Source: Vulcanimicrobiota bacterium (GTDB lineage: Bacteria > Vulcanimicrobiota > Xenobia > Xenobiales > JADMJV01). Taken from it: a stretch of DNA of 64,000 nt. The translations under genes were made by a program, and so were the position numbers. This document shows positions 63,904 through 64,000 of the stretch, piece by piece (position 1 is the stretch's first letter; each line of letters opens with the position of its first letter). The notes below the pieces were generated by a model that did not search any database, had not been told where the DNA came from, and was given only the letters and a program-made list of their open reading frames with translations. The DNA lies in contig JBFWNU010000001.1 of NCBI GenBank assembly GCA_050250895.1, positions 1-64,000 of the forward strand. Reading direction: 5' to 3'.

Positions 63904-64000
63904 TCAGACGGTAGTCTTCAGACGGTAGCAGTGGTTGAACTGGCCGGGGGTGCTCCCTGCTTTTGTGGGAGCAACGGCCCAGGCCCGGTTGGAAGCGAGC

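Noticed and set aside
1-64000. tRNA or rRNA genes
   Set aside because: No cloverleaf or rRNA-like sequence recognised by eye in the intergenic regions; tRNAscan-SE or Infernal would be needed to exclude them fully.

Overview
GC-rich bacterial chromosomal segment. The Terrabacteria-type ffh-rpsP-khpA-ylqD-rimM-trmD order together with a Wza-like exporter is compatible with an Eremiobacterota-like lineage; this is inference only. Layout: (1) 1-6380, three nested mobile elements: an integrase-core IS inserted into a RIT tyrosine-recombinase trio, itself inserted into an IS66 transposase. (2) 6.4-11.2 kb, envelope genes. (3) 11.9-19.4 kb, a compact putative biosynthetic cluster (Zn-dehydrogenase, AsnB amidotransferase, SnoaL-like protein, Fe/2OG-type dioxygenase, miniaturised A-T-R NRPS-like enzyme, NadR-like enzyme). 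(4) 19.4-30.2 kb, polysaccharide export and acylation genes. (5) 30-48.9 kb, an accessory region with a Uma2 duplication, VapBC, HepT/MntA, Rpn, several non-coding repeat arrays, cysDNC and a ~2400-aa sacsin-like GHKL ATPase ending in a transglutaminase-like domain. (6) 48.9-64 kb, mostly housekeeping genes. The most notable observations are: a promoter motif (TAACAT-N4-GC exactly 36 bp upstream of a TAnnnT box) shared by four unrelated orphan secreted or membrane-protein genes; the giant ATPase-transglutaminase fusion; the NRPS-like/AsnB/NadR cluster; the inverted-core RIT junction; and the ~225-bp promoter-plus-hairpin tandem array. All product calls come from motifs read by eye; no database searches were run.
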